From positions 2,432,001-2,496,000 of the forward strand of contig OZ245777.1 in assembly GCA_965227775.1 (NCBI GenBank): a stretch of 64,000 bases of DNA, given 5' to 3'. Below, in pieces: positions 49,290 to 59,077 of this stretch; the stretch's first letter is position 1, and the number at the start of each line of letters is the position of its first letter. The stretch is from Phycisphaerales bacterium. Lineage in GTDB: Bacteria; Planctomycetota; Phycisphaerae; Phycisphaerales; UBA1924. A program made the position numbers and the translations under genes. The notes under the pieces were generated by a model. The model was given only the letters and a program-made list of their open reading frames with translations, did not search any database and was not told the DNA's origin.

Positions 49290-51305
49290 TCAGTTCTCTT
49301 CCGAGGGCTTCGTACGCAACGCGAACAGGTCGTCACGATCCAGGATCGCCGTCTCGACGCCCCGCGGGTCGAGTTTCGCCGTCGGCGAGAGCGGCGGCAG
49401 CAGCGGCATCGTTCGCACCCTTTCGGTGCCCTTGCCGTCGCCCAGCACGTCGAACAAATACACGTTCTGCTCGGTCCGTGGGTGCGGGTTCAGCCCGCTC
49501 AGCGTGTCGGGGTCGAAGAGGTAGACCGTCATGTAGTGGAACAGCGGCACCATTGGCAGGTCCTCGTCCATCGAGATCCGCTCGGCCTCGCTGAGCAAAG
49601 CCATGCGGCGTTCAGCGTCGAGTTCGACCGCGGCCTCGTTGAGCAACTGCTCATACCGCGGATTGTGGTACTTGCGGTCGTTGTTGCCGTCATCGATGCG
49701 GTTGATGTCCAGGAACGTCGTCGGGTCGCCGTAATCACCGTACCACCCCGCCCTGCTCACCATGTATCGCTGCTTCTTCAGGTCGTCTCGGAAGACCTTG
49801 ATTTCTTTTTGGGCAAGCCGCACGCTGACACCCAGGTACTCCTGCCAGTTCTTCTGCACGACTTGGGCGATCAGGTCGTGTCCACCGTCCTTGTTGAACA
49901 GGATCTCGATCGTCGGCACGTCGGCCGGCGTGGCGTAGCCCGCGTCACGCAGCAACTGCCGCGCCTCGGCCACGATTGCCTGCTTTTCTTCCTCGGTTGC
50001 GGCATCGCTGATGCACCGCAGCCCATCTGGACTCGTGTAACCGGGGATCGAGCCCTTGGGTATGAGCGTGCGCGCCACTGGGTTGCCCAGCCGCTGCACA
50101 TCCTGCACGATGCTCTGCTTGTCGACAGTCATCGCAAAAGCACGCCGAACACGCGCGTCGGAGAACGGGTTGCGCCGCCCGTCGGGCAGCGTCGGCAGAC
50201 AATTGAAGTTGTACCAGTACGTGCCGAACGCGGGGACCGCGTGGATGTCCTTGCGAGGGTCGTCCGGCAGCCGCCGATCGATCTCGAACATGTCGTGGCC
50301 CTCGGCCTTCAGCCGGGTGTATTCCTCGATGTTCTCTTGATAGAACGCCATCTTGTCGGCGAGCATGTCGGCCCGGTACGCGGGCGTCACGTCGCTCACC
50401 CAATCGACCACGCCCGACGTATAGGCGAGCACTGCGGCATTCGGATCGTTGATCGATGGGGTGCTGATGGTCTCCAGATTCAGCGCCTCTCGGTTCCAGT
50501 AGTGGGGGTTCTGCTCGAAGCGCATGTCCCGCTTGAATCGCCAACTGGTCAGCATGAAGGGGCCATTGCTCACGAGCTCCGGCGGCTTCGTCCAGCCGGT
50601 CTTGGCCTGGATGAGGCCGGTCTGTGCATCCACGCTCTCGTATTGTCGCACAAGGGGGGGATACACCGGATAGAACACCGCGAACGCGAGCAGGTCGAGG
50701 AAGTAGGGCGTCGGCAGCTTAAGCCGCACCCGAAGTGTTTGGTCATCGACGGCTTCGAGCGCCACCATCTCGTCGAATTTGGCCTGGGCTTCTTCCCACA
50801 GTGCCTCGGCCGCCAGCCGTCGTTCCTCGCCGGTGAGCGGGCTCTCGCTGAACGCATCGAGCTGATCTTGCCGCCAATCGGCAAACTCGGGTGCGCCCTC
50901 GATGAGTTGGAACAGCTTGGTGTAGTCCGCCGCAGTGTCCGGCAAGATCGCCCGCCGCCAGCTGTACACAAAGTCGCCGGCCTTCACGGGCTCGCCGTTG
51001 CTCCAGAGCGCATCTTCGCGAATGTGGAATGTGTACTCCAGCCCGTCGTCGCTCAATTCCCACCGCTCGGCGGTGGCGGGAATGATCGCGTAGTCGTGCG
51101 TGAACACGTCGTTGGCGACCAGCCCCTCGAACAGGATGCGGGCCACCCGCAGGTCCTGCATCCAGCTCATCTTCTGCAGGTCGAGCGTGTTGACGTCGCC
51201 TCGGTTCACGAACGCAAAGTCGGCCCGGGGCTTCGGCCGATCGGTCACGAGCGTGGCCGCCACCACGAGCACCAGTAGGATCACGGGCGCAAGGATCTTC
51301 AGCAT
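49290..51305 (-). CDS. oppA: Peptide ABC transporter substrate-binding protein (OppA-like)
   Basis: LFEGL, PATAERWELSDDGLEYTFHIR..WSNGEPVKAGDFVYSW, SNGPFML, DARVRRAF, RAGWYGDYGDP. Confidence 0.9.
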   Translation of the reverse strand: MLKILAPVILLVLVVAATLVTDRPKPRADFAFVNRGDVNTLDLQKMSWMQDLRVARILFEGLVANDVFTHDYAIIPATAERWELSDDGLEYTFHIREDALWSNGEPVKAGDFVYSWRRAILPDTAADYTKLFQLIEGAPEFADWRQDQLDAFSESPLTGEERRLAAEALWEEAQAKFDEMVALEAVDDQTLRVRLKLPTPYFLDLLAFAVFYPVYPPLVRQYESVDAQTGLIQAKTGWTKPPELVSNGPFMLTSWRFKRDMRFEQNPHYWNREALNLETISTPSINDPNAAVLAYTSGVVDWVSDVTPAYRADMLADKMAFYQENIEEYTRLKAEGHDMFEIDRRLPDDPRKDIHAVPAFGTYWYNFNCLPTLPDGRRNPFSDARVRRAFAMTVDKQSIVQDVQRLGNPVARTLIPKGSIPGYTSPDGLRCISDAATEEEKQAIVAEARQLLRDAGYATPADVPTIEILFNKDGGHDLIAQVVQKNWQEYLGVSVRLAQKEIKVFRDDLKKQRYMVSRAGWYGDYGDPTTFLDINRIDDGNNDRKYHNPRYEQLLNEAAVELDAERRMALLSEAERISMDEDLPMVPLFHYMTVYLFDPDTLSGLNPHPRTEQNVYLFDVLGDGKGTERVRTMPLLPPLSPTAKLDPRGVETAILDRDDLFALRTKPSEEN

Positions 51306-51351
51306 CGCACAGTGTACGACACCCGGCTCGCCGAGAGCAGCCCGACGGGTC

Positions 51352-52461
51352 CTAGTTGTCGGTGTTGAAGCGGTCGCGAGGCAGGTTGAAGTCGTTCAGC
51401 ATGACCGTCCAGAGGTTGCTGCTCGCCCGCTGGTAGCCATTGCCGCCGTCCTGCGACGCCCGATTGAAGTTTGACGCTAGTTCAAGTTGGCGGAGGCGGT
51501 CCTGCTTGCCCCGATCGAGCGGCAGGAGCGTGGGAATGGTGCCCGAAACCCGCAGGGCGGTCTCAACGGTTGTGCGGACCTGCTCGCTGCTGCCACCATC
51601 GATGTCCCCGGCACGCTCGGCCCGCACGTAGCGGAAGCCCAGGGCTCCTGTCTGGCCAAGCATCTCAATCAGTGCGCTCTGCCAAGTTGCCGACACATTG
51701 CCACGACGCTGGGTCACCTGCGTGCGAATATCTCCCATGGCACGCAGCAGCGGACGCAGCCGGTCACCCAGGTGCTGGTCGATCGGTAGCGTGTTGATGC
51801 GCTCACCGACCGCCGAGGTCAGCCGCTCGGCCGAACGGGCGCCGAAGCCAGGTATCGCCTGCTCGGGCACTGACATCGCCTCGATCATCGACTTGACCGA
51901 GGCATCCAGCAGGCTCTGGTTCTCAGTGGAGGCCAGCACGCCCGCGAGCGCGTCGACCGCAGCATTGCCAACCTGGCCTTGGAAAGCCACCGGGCCGATA
52001 CCGGCCACACGGAACGCGTAGCCAAGCCCAGAAACAGACGCAAAGCGGATCGCGACCCGATCACTCGCCACCTTCTCAGTGAGTGCGCGAACGGATCGGT
52101 CCGTGCCGAGCCATCCGGAGAGCAGCGAGGCGTTCACGCCGCGGAAGACGTCGTCTCCATCGATGGCCGTCTCGAGTTGGTTGGCCAACGCGCGATCCAT
52201 CGCCAACCGGAAGCCGGCAGACGTGTTGGCGTCCAGAAGCGGCGCGACAAGGCGGCGACGGGCTTCGCGGGCCTCCACCGGCGAATCACCCGACACCATT
52301 GCCCAGTTGCCCGAAGCCCACTCATCGATGGTTTGCTCTTCGGACGGGCTCAGGCTCGATTTCGTCGCCAGGCCATCAGGAAGTTCGACCTGACCGAACG
52401 CCGCGGCGCCGAACACGAACGCCAGCACGACCGCCAAGATCCGCGGCAGGGTTCCTCGCAA
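51352..52461 (-). CDS. Secreted alpha-helical (HEAT-like) hypothetical protein
   Basis: AAAGGAG 7 nt before TTG; signal peptide; helical content. Confidence 0.7.
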   Translation of the reverse strand: MRGTLPRILAVVLAFVFGAAAFGQVELPDGLATKSSLSPSEEQTIDEWASGNWAMVSGDSPVEAREARRRLVAPLLDANTSAGFRLAMDRALANQLETAIDGDDVFRGVNASLLSGWLGTDRSVRALTEKVASDRVAIRFASVSGLGYAFRVAGIGPVAFQGQVGNAAVDALAGVLASTENQSLLDASVKSMIEAMSVPEQAIPGFGARSAERLTSAVGERINTLPIDQHLGDRLRPLLRAMGDIRTQVTQRRGNVSATWQSALIEMLGQTGALGFRYVRAERAGDIDGGSSEQVRTTVETALRVSGTIPTLLPLDRGKQDRLRQLELASNFNRASQDGGNGYQRASSNLWTVMLNDFNLPRDRFNTDN

Positions 52462-52677
52462 GGGCTGGCTCCTTTACGCCAAACGCAATCCAGAAAGCGG
52501 GGCCTGCATGGCCCGGGCACAGATCGGCATGAACAGCCGGCAGAGGCTGTCCGGTACGCCAACCCCGGGCCTCACGGTTCCAGGGGGCCCAAACCTAGTC
52601 GAACTGCGGCCCACCGTCAATACGACCGTGTGACCAAGCTCCCGCTCGCGATCCCAAGCAAAAACCGTGCAAGAGGC

Positions 52678-53655
52678 TCAATATACCTCAAGGAACATCC
52701 GCCGGCTCGGCTTCACCTGGCGGTGCACCATCTTCCGCGTCCACTCATCCACGTCCCCGGCAACGGTCGGATCGATCGTCAGGTATCGCCCCACCCATTC
52801 GGGTGGCAGCGTCTTGGCCATGCCCTGGACGATCCCAAGATCCATCCCCAGCAGCCCGCAGACGTAGACCAACCCGCGATCGCTGCACATCAACTCACCA
52901 AGCGCACCACGATCGCGCTCGAGGCGATCCTGCACGTAGCAACCCGGAGAGGCATCCCGATGCGCGTGCCGGCTCACTGTTGGGAGGTACGTGAACCGAT
53001 CATGGGTCTCCGCCAGGGCGCAGAACACGTCGTCATAAAGCAGGTCGGTCTCGTACGGGGCACCCATGACCAGCGCGATCTTGCTCTGCGACGTGTTCTT
53101 CAGGAGGTCGAGCACCATGCCACGGAACGGCGCGATGCCCGTGCCCGTCGCAAAGAACACGTAGTCATGCTTGTCGGGCCGGGCCGGCAGCACGAATCGC
53201 TTGCCGTTCGGACCGCTGAGCTTGAGCTCATCTCCGGGTTGGAGGTCGCACAGGTAGTTGCTCGTGACCCCCAGGTGCAGCCCCGGGCCGGCCGCGTTCT
53301 CATCGATCAGCCGCTTCACTGTCGTCGCGATGACGCCACCGTTGCCATCCTCGCCAGCCGACGGGGACGCGATCGAATACAGCCGCAACGCGTGCGGGCG
53401 GCCCCGATGGTCTTCGCCCGGCGCGTGCACGCCGAAGCTCTGCCCGGGCACGAACGATCCAGCCAGAGGTGTGTTGGAGACGTCGACCTCGATGTGCCGC
53501 ACAAAACCTGCCGCCCGGCTTCCCGCCGTGCAACGCTCGTTGCGCGTAACGATGCCCACCACGGGGGCCTTTGGGCCTGCGATGTGCATCTTGACCTCGG
53601 CGAGGTCGGGTCCTGGATCGATGTGCGTCACGTCTGCGGATTCGGCGGTCGTCAT
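52678..53655 (-). CDS. Ferredoxin--NADP(+) reductase, plant-type / BoxA-like
   Basis: PGQSFGV, RLYSIAS, GVTSNYLCDL, ATGTGIAPFRGM, YVQD, YVCGL, C-terminal EVY. Confidence 0.88.
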   Translation of the reverse strand: MTTAESADVTHIDPGPDLAEVKMHIAGPKAPVVGIVTRNERCTAGSRAAGFVRHIEVDVSNTPLAGSFVPGQSFGVHAPGEDHRGRPHALRLYSIASPSAGEDGNGGVIATTVKRLIDENAAGPGLHLGVTSNYLCDLQPGDELKLSGPNGKRFVLPARPDKHDYVFFATGTGIAPFRGMVLDLLKNTSQSKIALVMGAPYETDLLYDDVFCALAETHDRFTYLPTVSRHAHRDASPGCYVQDRLERDRGALGELMCSDRGLVYVCGLLGMDLGIVQGMAKTLPPEWVGRYLTIDPTVAGDVDEWTRKMVHRQVKPSRRMFLEVY

Positions 53656-53705
53656 ACGGACCAATGGTAGGTTTCCGATCGCGCGGTCAGTGCGATTTCG
53701 TCGGT

Positions 53706-55130
53706 TCAGCCACCCATTTCGCTGCCGGATTCATCGGAATCTCCAGCAGGCGTTCCCCCGTCGGCTGGCTGCTCACCCGACCAGTCATCGTCGCTCGCGC
53801 TGCTGCCGCCCAGGCGCTCGATAGCGCGATCGAGGTTGTCGGCCGCGTCCTGCAACGCCGCTCGAGTGTCACCCTGTGCCCGCACTCGGCGCAGCCCGCT
53901 TGCGGCCGATTCGTACGCCGAAATGGCGTCGCCCTTCAGCGAATCGGCCCGCTGGGACAACTGATCAGCCAGGTTGCTCAAACGGCGGGCTTGATCACCC
54001 TGGCCGCGATCGGCCACACCACTGAAGATGCTGGCAGTCTGGGAAAGGCTGGCGGCCCGTCGAGCGAGCAGGTCTCCGAGCGACCGTGATGCACCCGCAG
54101 CAACCAAGGTGCCGTCAGCCACGTCTGCGTTCGCGCGACGGCCCGTTGAGACTGCCTTCTCCAATGCTTGGCGAGCCTCGGTGAGTGCAGCCTGAGCCTC
54201 GTCCTGGTGGAGTGCAGAGATCTCGCTGGCGAGTGTCGCGAGTTCGGCCGCGAACTCCTGAGCCCGTTCGCGGGCCTCGCTCGATTCCATCATCGAACGC
54301 TGGGCTTCGGCCGTCACCGCAGCACCGGCCTGGCTCAGGATGGCCAGCCGAGCGTCGATTGCCGCGATGCGAACATCGAGTGCCTCGATCTGCGGGCCCA
54401 GCACCGATCGTCGGGCGTCAAGATTACTTGCCTGCACCTCCAACGCGTCCGCCCGGCGGCCGAGCTCACGGGCCTCGACCGTTGTCTCTGCGGCAGCGAT
54501 GGGATCCTCGCGGAGCGCGCGATCACGCAGCGTGCTCTCTTCGCTACGGATCGACGACACCTCAGACTCGAGATCGGCGATTTGCTGGTCGAGCGTACCG
54601 ACCTGCCGGATCAACTGCTGCTTCTCGGCCTGGGCATCGCTGAGCTGCTGCTGCAGTTGCGAGGACTGCTGCTCGATCTCGGAGCGCTCGGGACCGGGAT
54701 CGTAAGAGCCCAGCGCCTCGGCGGTCTGCTGCGCCGAGACACGAGCGGTCTCAAGCGAAGTCATCCGCGTGAGCTTGCGGCCGATCTCGTGTTCGATGCG
54801 CGCCAGTGCGGTCATGGCCGGCCGGGCGTTGCCGACGGCGATCTCGGCGGTCAGGATGGCCGCAATCGCCTTCTGGGCATCGCTTCCGTCACGGCTGGCG
54901 GCGTCGAGCTTGCCCGATGCGATGCGATACTGGGAGGTCGCGAAATCGTCGCTCGCTGGCGGCACCGAGCCAGGCGAGATCGTGCGGATCTGGATGGCCG
55001 CGTCCGACAGTGCCGTAGCGCTGGGGTCTTCCTGCTCGCAGCCGCCGAGCATTGCCGAGCCCGCGATGCCCGCCAGGGCCACGAGCGCCACGATGCCGCG
55101 ACGGGAACGATCTGCCACGCGAGTTGCCAT
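53706..55130 (-). CDS. Long coiled-coil putative lipoprotein
   Basis: Lipobox-like LGGC after a hydrophobic stretch; extended Q/E/A-rich heptads. Confidence 0.7.
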   Translation of the reverse strand: MATRVADRSRRGIVALVALAGIAGSAMLGGCEQEDPSATALSDAAIQIRTISPGSVPPASDDFATSQYRIASGKLDAASRDGSDAQKAIAAILTAEIAVGNARPAMTALARIEHEIGRKLTRMTSLETARVSAQQTAEALGSYDPGPERSEIEQQSSQLQQQLSDAQAEKQQLIRQVGTLDQQIADLESEVSSIRSEESTLRDRALREDPIAAAETTVEARELGRRADALEVQASNLDARRSVLGPQIEALDVRIAAIDARLAILSQAGAAVTAEAQRSMMESSEARERAQEFAAELATLASEISALHQDEAQAALTEARQALEKAVSTGRRANADVADGTLVAAGASRSLGDLLARRAASLSQTASIFSGVADRGQGDQARRLSNLADQLSQRADSLKGDAISAYESAASGLRRVRAQGDTRAALQDAADNLDRAIERLGGSSASDDDWSGEQPADGGTPAGDSDESGSEMGG

Positions 55131-55237
55131 CCAAACGCCTCCAATACCTGCCGGTGGTGCGTCGGCACCTCGCCGGGTGATCTGCTTCGTGCGTCTTCTG
55201 TTCGCCCGTTGGGGGCGAGCGGTTCTGAGCGGGCAGT

Positions 55238-56599
55238 CTAGGGCGGGCCCTCATCGCCTGGCTTAGCGACGGGCGACTCATCCGATTCCGGCTCGTCGGC
55301 GTCACGCTCGGCCTCAGGCGGATACTCGATGGGGTAGTCCGGCCTCGGTTGGTAGAGCGATCGGATCCATGCGGTCGTCTGGCGCCAGCGGGCGTCTTCG
55401 GCCCTGGTGAACACCGGGCGCCAATCGTCCCCATCGCCGCGGTCGGACGGCACCTCGGGGTGAGGGAACCGCGAGCCCTCACGTCGGAGGCCTAGGTGCA
55501 GCAGTGGGCTGTTGTCCGGCTCTTCGAGGTCGATCAGGGGCGTGCCATCAGCAAGCGTTGCCCGCGTCAGCACCAGGAAGTTGGTGTACGCCTGGCCCTC
55601 ACCGCGCGGGTTTCGATACGCCAGCCGAAGCGACCCGGCCTCGACGCCGCCATGGCAGCGCGAGGTCGCGCAGCCTGCAACCAGCCAGTCGGTGACGTCC
55701 CTTCGGAACATTTTGACCGTGGCTGGATCGTCGAGCACGCGCACGCGGTCGTAGTACTCGCGTGCCTTCAGCTCGAACATCAGCCGCAGCACGTCGATCG
55801 GATCCCCAGCGATCATCGCTTGGCGACCCTCTGGCGTCTGCGGCACGCGAGGATCCTCGCGATACGCCAGCAGGAATTCCTGCGCATCGCGCGGAGAGAT
55901 TCGGACGCGCGGCGGGTCGAGCAGGTCGAGCTCGTACACGCGAATCAGGTTGACCTGTTCGCGGTTCAGCAGCGGCAGGGGCTTCTCGCGTTCGCTTGGC
56001 TCGCGAGCGATGCCCTTGCCGCGCTGCTCGAACAGCGCCGCCATGCCGCGCATCCGACGAAGCAGCGCATCCACGCGCGGGTCGCGGGGTCGATTCACAG
56101 CGAGCTTCGCGGCCTCATAGTGCGCGACGTGGTAGAGCTCCTCGCCCGCCAGCCACTGGATCAATTGCTCGATGTGGCCCACGTCGCTGTCATCGATCTC
56201 GTCACGCCACTCTCGGTATCGAGTCGAGAGATCGGGCAGGCGGACCAACCGCAAGATGCGGGATTGGCCGAACGTCGTTTGGATGCCCGCGATCTTGAGG
56301 GTGACGCTGTCTGCGGTTTCCGACACCAACTCGCCGTCGACAAATTCACCGTTCCGGAACATCAACCGCACGGGCGAACGCAGCCCCTCGGCTCCCGCCA
56401 TTTGCTCGAGCGCCTTCTGCCGAAGCGACTCGAGGTCGCCCGCCCGGCTTGCCTGTTGCATGGCGTTCCGGACTGCGCCGGGTAGTGGCATACCTACGAA
56501 TGCCGGGTAGGCCGCCGCGAGCGCGAGCGCGAGCCCAAGGGCGACGCTGCGTCGTGCACGGCTTTGCCTGGTTGATTGGGGAGGGTTCGCGTGCGTCAA
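55238..56599 (-). CDS. Exported hypothetical protein with CX4CH motif
   Basis: N-terminal TM/signal; CATSRCHGG; TTG start 6 nt after the mraY stop. Confidence 0.7.
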   Translation of the reverse strand: MTHANPPQSTRQSRARRSVALGLALALAAAYPAFVGMPLPGAVRNAMQQASRAGDLESLRQKALEQMAGAEGLRSPVRLMFRNGEFVDGELVSETADSVTLKIAGIQTTFGQSRILRLVRLPDLSTRYREWRDEIDDSDVGHIEQLIQWLAGEELYHVAHYEAAKLAVNRPRDPRVDALLRRMRGMAALFEQRGKGIAREPSEREKPLPLLNREQVNLIRVYELDLLDPPRVRISPRDAQEFLLAYREDPRVPQTPEGRQAMIAGDPIDVLRLMFELKAREYYDRVRVLDDPATVKMFRRDVTDWLVAGCATSRCHGGVEAGSLRLAYRNPRGEGQAYTNFLVLTRATLADGTPLIDLEEPDNSPLLHLGLRREGSRFPHPEVPSDRGDGDDWRPVFTRAEDARWRQTTAWIRSLYQPRPDYPIEYPPEAERDADEPESDESPVAKPGDEGPP

Positions 56600-56605
56600 G
56601 GGTCC

Positions 56606-57775
56606 TCACCGAAGCTTGATGGATGCCAGCGCGAGCACCAGCAACAACACCCCGACGATCCACAGCCTGACCACCACCTTGGGCTCAGCCAGCCCACTCA
56701 GGTGCAGGTGGTGGTGGAACGGTGCGCACAGGAAGATCCGCTTGCCTTGCCCCGAACGCTTCGTCCACTTGAAATACCCGACCTGGAGCACCACGGATGC
56801 GATCTCGAGCAGAAACACCCCGCACATCAGCAGGACGACGACCTCTTGCCGGGTCACCAGGGCCACATACCCGAACAGGCCGCCAATCGCCAGAGAACCG
56901 GTGTCGCCCATGAAGACCTGGGCCGGATAGCAATTCCACCATAGGAAGCCCAGGCACGCCCCGAGGAGCGCACCGGCAAGCACGCCGAGTTCCTCGGCCC
57001 CTGGCACATATGGCACGAGCAGGTCTTGGGCGGTCGCCTGCCAGCCCGCGATCATCGCCAGCACGACGATGCCCGCGGACGCGATGGCGCTCAGCCCGCC
57101 CGCGAGCCCATCCATGCCGTCGGTCATGTTCGTCGCGTTGCTAAGCCCCGCTATCAAGAGCGTGCCCAGCACCACGAACACGCCCAACGGCAAGAAGAGC
57201 ACGCCCGGGTTGACCTCACCGCTGCCCGGGAGGGTGGTGCGCTGGAACGGCAGGTTCAGAACGTGGGCGAAGTCCTGCCCCGACCCGTGGCGGTACACGA
57301 AGTACGAGATCAGGGCACCAACGCCGAGCTGGAACAGCAGCTTCTCCCAGCTGTGCAGTCCCTGCCGCCCGCCCTCGCGCCGCGAGGCGAGCATCTTGAG
57401 CACGTCGTCGGCAGCGCCAACTGCCGTCAGGCTCATCATCAAGAGCAGCCCGGCATTCACGTAGAAGTTGCTCAGATCACCGAGCAGGATCGTGGAGACG
57501 AACACTGCCGCGCTCGTGAGCACACCGCCCATGGTGGGAGTGTTTTTCTTCGAGGCCGCACCCCGCCGGAGCGCTTCGGCATCGGTCAGGCCCGAGTCGC
57601 CGATCTTAAACTTCACAAGCTGAGCGATTGTCGGCTTGCCAAAGAAGAGCACAAGTGCGAAAGAGAGCACCGCCGCCGCCAGCGCGCGAAACTGCTCCTG
57701 GTAGAAGACGCGCAGCAGCGTCATCATCCACTCGGGCAACGCCCCATCAAGCAAACTGGTCAGCCAGTAGAGCAC
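56606..57775 (-). CDS. mraY: Phospho-N-acetylmuramoyl-pentapeptide transferase
   Basis: KKNTPTMGG, GAADD, SNATNMTDGMDGLAG, PAQVFMGDTGSL, APFHHH. Confidence 0.97.
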   Translation of the reverse strand: MLYWLTSLLDGALPEWMMTLLRVFYQEQFRALAAAVLSFALVLFFGKPTIAQLVKFKIGDSGLTDAEALRRGAASKKNTPTMGGVLTSAAVFVSTILLGDLSNFYVNAGLLLMMSLTAVGAADDVLKMLASRREGGRQGLHSWEKLLFQLGVGALISYFVYRHGSGQDFAHVLNLPFQRTTLPGSGEVNPGVLFLPLGVFVVLGTLLIAGLSNATNMTDGMDGLAGGLSAIASAGIVVLAMIAGWQATAQDLLVPYVPGAEELGVLAGALLGACLGFLWWNCYPAQVFMGDTGSLAIGGLFGYVALVTRQEVVVLLMCGVFLLEIASVVLQVGYFKWTKRSGQGKRIFLCAPFHHHLHLSGLAEPKVVVRLWIVGVLLLVLALASIKLR

Positions 57776-57778
57776 CCG

Positions 57779-59077
57779 CTACGCCACCGGGGCCTGTTGC
57801 AAGGCGTCAAGCAACCGTTCAAGTGCCATGCCGCGGGAGGCCTTCAGCAGCACTACGGCGCCCGGGCGAACATGCTGCCTGACAGCTTCTTGTGCATCCT
57901 CCACTGTCTCAAACCACTCGCCCTCTCCCGCGGCTTCGAGTGCCGACAGAGAAGCCGGCCCGATGAACACGCACGCATCGGCGGAATCCCGAGCGAGGCG
58001 GCCCATCTCGCGGTGCCACGCATCCGAATCTTCGCCCAACTCGAGCATGTCTCCCACGACGGCGATCGTGGGCCGGCCAGCGCCGACTTCCGAGAGCGTG
58101 CGCAAGGCGGCGGCCATGGAATCCGGATTCGCGTTGTAGCAGTCCACGAGCACGGTCGCGCCGCTAATCTCGCGAACGGCCAGCCGCATATCGGCGGGTT
58201 GGAACGACCGGAGCCCCGCTTGGATCGCATCGTCGGCAATACCGAGATGGCGACCGACCGAGACTGCCGCTGCCGCGTTCGAGGCGTTGTGCAGGCCGAC
58301 GACCGGAATCGACCAGTTGCTGCCATCCGGCAGGTCGAATTGGGTCTCACCCGTTGAGTGCCTCGCGTGCGCGGCCGTGAACGTTGCTCGCCCGCTCTCG
58401 TGCAACCAGACATCGAGCTCAGCCACAAACGCAATGCACTCCGGTCCGGTTGCCCGAAGCGCTTCGTGGAACTCGGCTCGCACGGACTCGATGCCACCAA
58501 GCTCGCCGACATGCGCCCTGCCCACACTCGTGACGACGGCGACGTCGGGCCGGGCAAGACCGACATATTTCACGAGCGCACCCGGCTCGCCCTCGCCCAG
58601 TTCGCACACCAGCGCTCCGGCATCCACCGGGCAGTTCAGAATCGTGAGCGGAAGCCCAAGAGCGTTGTTGAAGGATCGCTGCGAGGCGTGCGTTCGCACT
58701 GCTTGGCTCAGCGCAGCCGTCACCATGCGCACGGTCGTCGTCTTGCCGTTGCTGCCCATGACCGCAACCACGCGCGCGCGGAGCGTCGAGCGGTACCACG
58801 TGGACAGCGCCCACATGGCGGCTTGCACGTCCGGCACAAGGAGGACGCCCAGACCGTCGGGCGGTGAAACTTCTCGCTCAACAACAGCCGCCCTCGCGCC
58901 TCGCTCGACCGCTTGATCCAGGTAGTCGTGGCCATCGACCCGTGTCCCCGGCAGGGCGAAGAAAATCTGGCCGGACTCGAGTGTCCTTGTATCGATGCTC
59001 GCGCCATAGGCAACACCATCGGCTGTAGACAGCCAGCGTCCATCGAGCAACTCTGGCAGGCGATCCAGCGGGATCAT
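57779..59077 (-). CDS. murF: UDP-MurNAc-tripeptide--D-Ala-D-Ala ligase
   Basis: IDTR, DGHDY, GSNGKTTT, SFNNALGLPLT, DCYNANPDSM, GDMLELG, LLKASRG. Confidence 0.96.
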   Translation of the reverse strand: MIPLDRLPELLDGRWLSTADGVAYGASIDTRTLESGQIFFALPGTRVDGHDYLDQAVERGARAAVVEREVSPPDGLGVLLVPDVQAAMWALSTWYRSTLRARVVAVMGSNGKTTTVRMVTAALSQAVRTHASQRSFNNALGLPLTILNCPVDAGALVCELGEGEPGALVKYVGLARPDVAVVTSVGRAHVGELGGIESVRAEFHEALRATGPECIAFVAELDVWLHESGRATFTAAHARHSTGETQFDLPDGSNWSIPVVGLHNASNAAAAVSVGRHLGIADDAIQAGLRSFQPADMRLAVREISGATVLVDCYNANPDSMAAALRTLSEVGAGRPTIAVVGDMLELGEDSDAWHREMGRLARDSADACVFIGPASLSALEAAGEGEWFETVEDAQEAVRQHVRPGAVVLLKASRGMALERLLDALQQAPVA

